From Octopus sinensis (lineage: Eukaryota): DNA of 64,000 nt. The translations under genes and the position numbers were made by a program. Shown piece by piece: positions 63,890 to 64,000 of this stretch (positions are counted from its first letter, which is position 1; each line of letters starts with the position of its first letter). Where the stretch lies: positions 50,716,001 through 50,780,000 of the forward strand of contig NC_042998.1 in NCBI RefSeq assembly GCF_006345805.1. The letters run 5' to 3'. Under the pieces are notes generated by a model. The model had not been told where the DNA came from and ran no database searches. It worked only from the letters and a program-made list of their open reading frames with translations.

Positions 63890-63981
63890 CTCTGATCACA
63901 ATGCACTTCCTCACATTGTTGTACCTTTCGAATGATACCATCCTGCAGGCTAGGTGGGCAGGACAACACGACCCCCACCCC
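63890..63981 (-). CDS. Putative exon of the same unidentified gene (5' boundary uncertain, may run off the window)
   Basis: GC-rich non-repeat segment with acceptor CTTTCTGTTCAG and donor GAG/GTATAT; joins the 51-nt exon in frame as GWGSCCPAHLACRMVSFERYNNVRKCIVIRGFEECAQG. Confidence 0.35.
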
Positions 63982-64000
63982 CTGAACAGAAAGCCAGTTC

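Overview
AT-rich animal genomic DNA dense in microsatellites and retroposons. It is most consistent with an octopus, inferred from the SINE/RTE repertoire and not verifiable here. The one clear host-gene segment is the terminal coding exon of Pygopus (15391-15849, +), with an NPF motif and PHD finger joined by an unusually short linker. It follows an intron of more than 15 kb and may have a very long 3' UTR. Two small putative minus-strand exons of an unidentified gene lie at the right end. The rest is mostly mobile DNA: a near-intact RTE LINE with a PHD-like finger inside its RT (5992-9815, -) fused to a second RTE family, many RTE 3' tails, four tRNA-derived SINE families, at least eight R4/Dong-type fragments sitting in (TAA)n tracts, a Penelope GIY-YIG remnant, a mariner, MITEs and Helitron-like elements. 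The most striking unexplained structures are three head-to-head fold-back elements (21570-21784, 21812-22004, 60649-61189) whose arms each carry a hammerhead-ribozyme core; the copy at 61065-61157 has a fully canonical core. There is also a plus-strand-specific pri-miRNA-like hairpin at 18918-19003. Transposon boundaries were read by eye and are approximate unless TSDs/TIRs are given.
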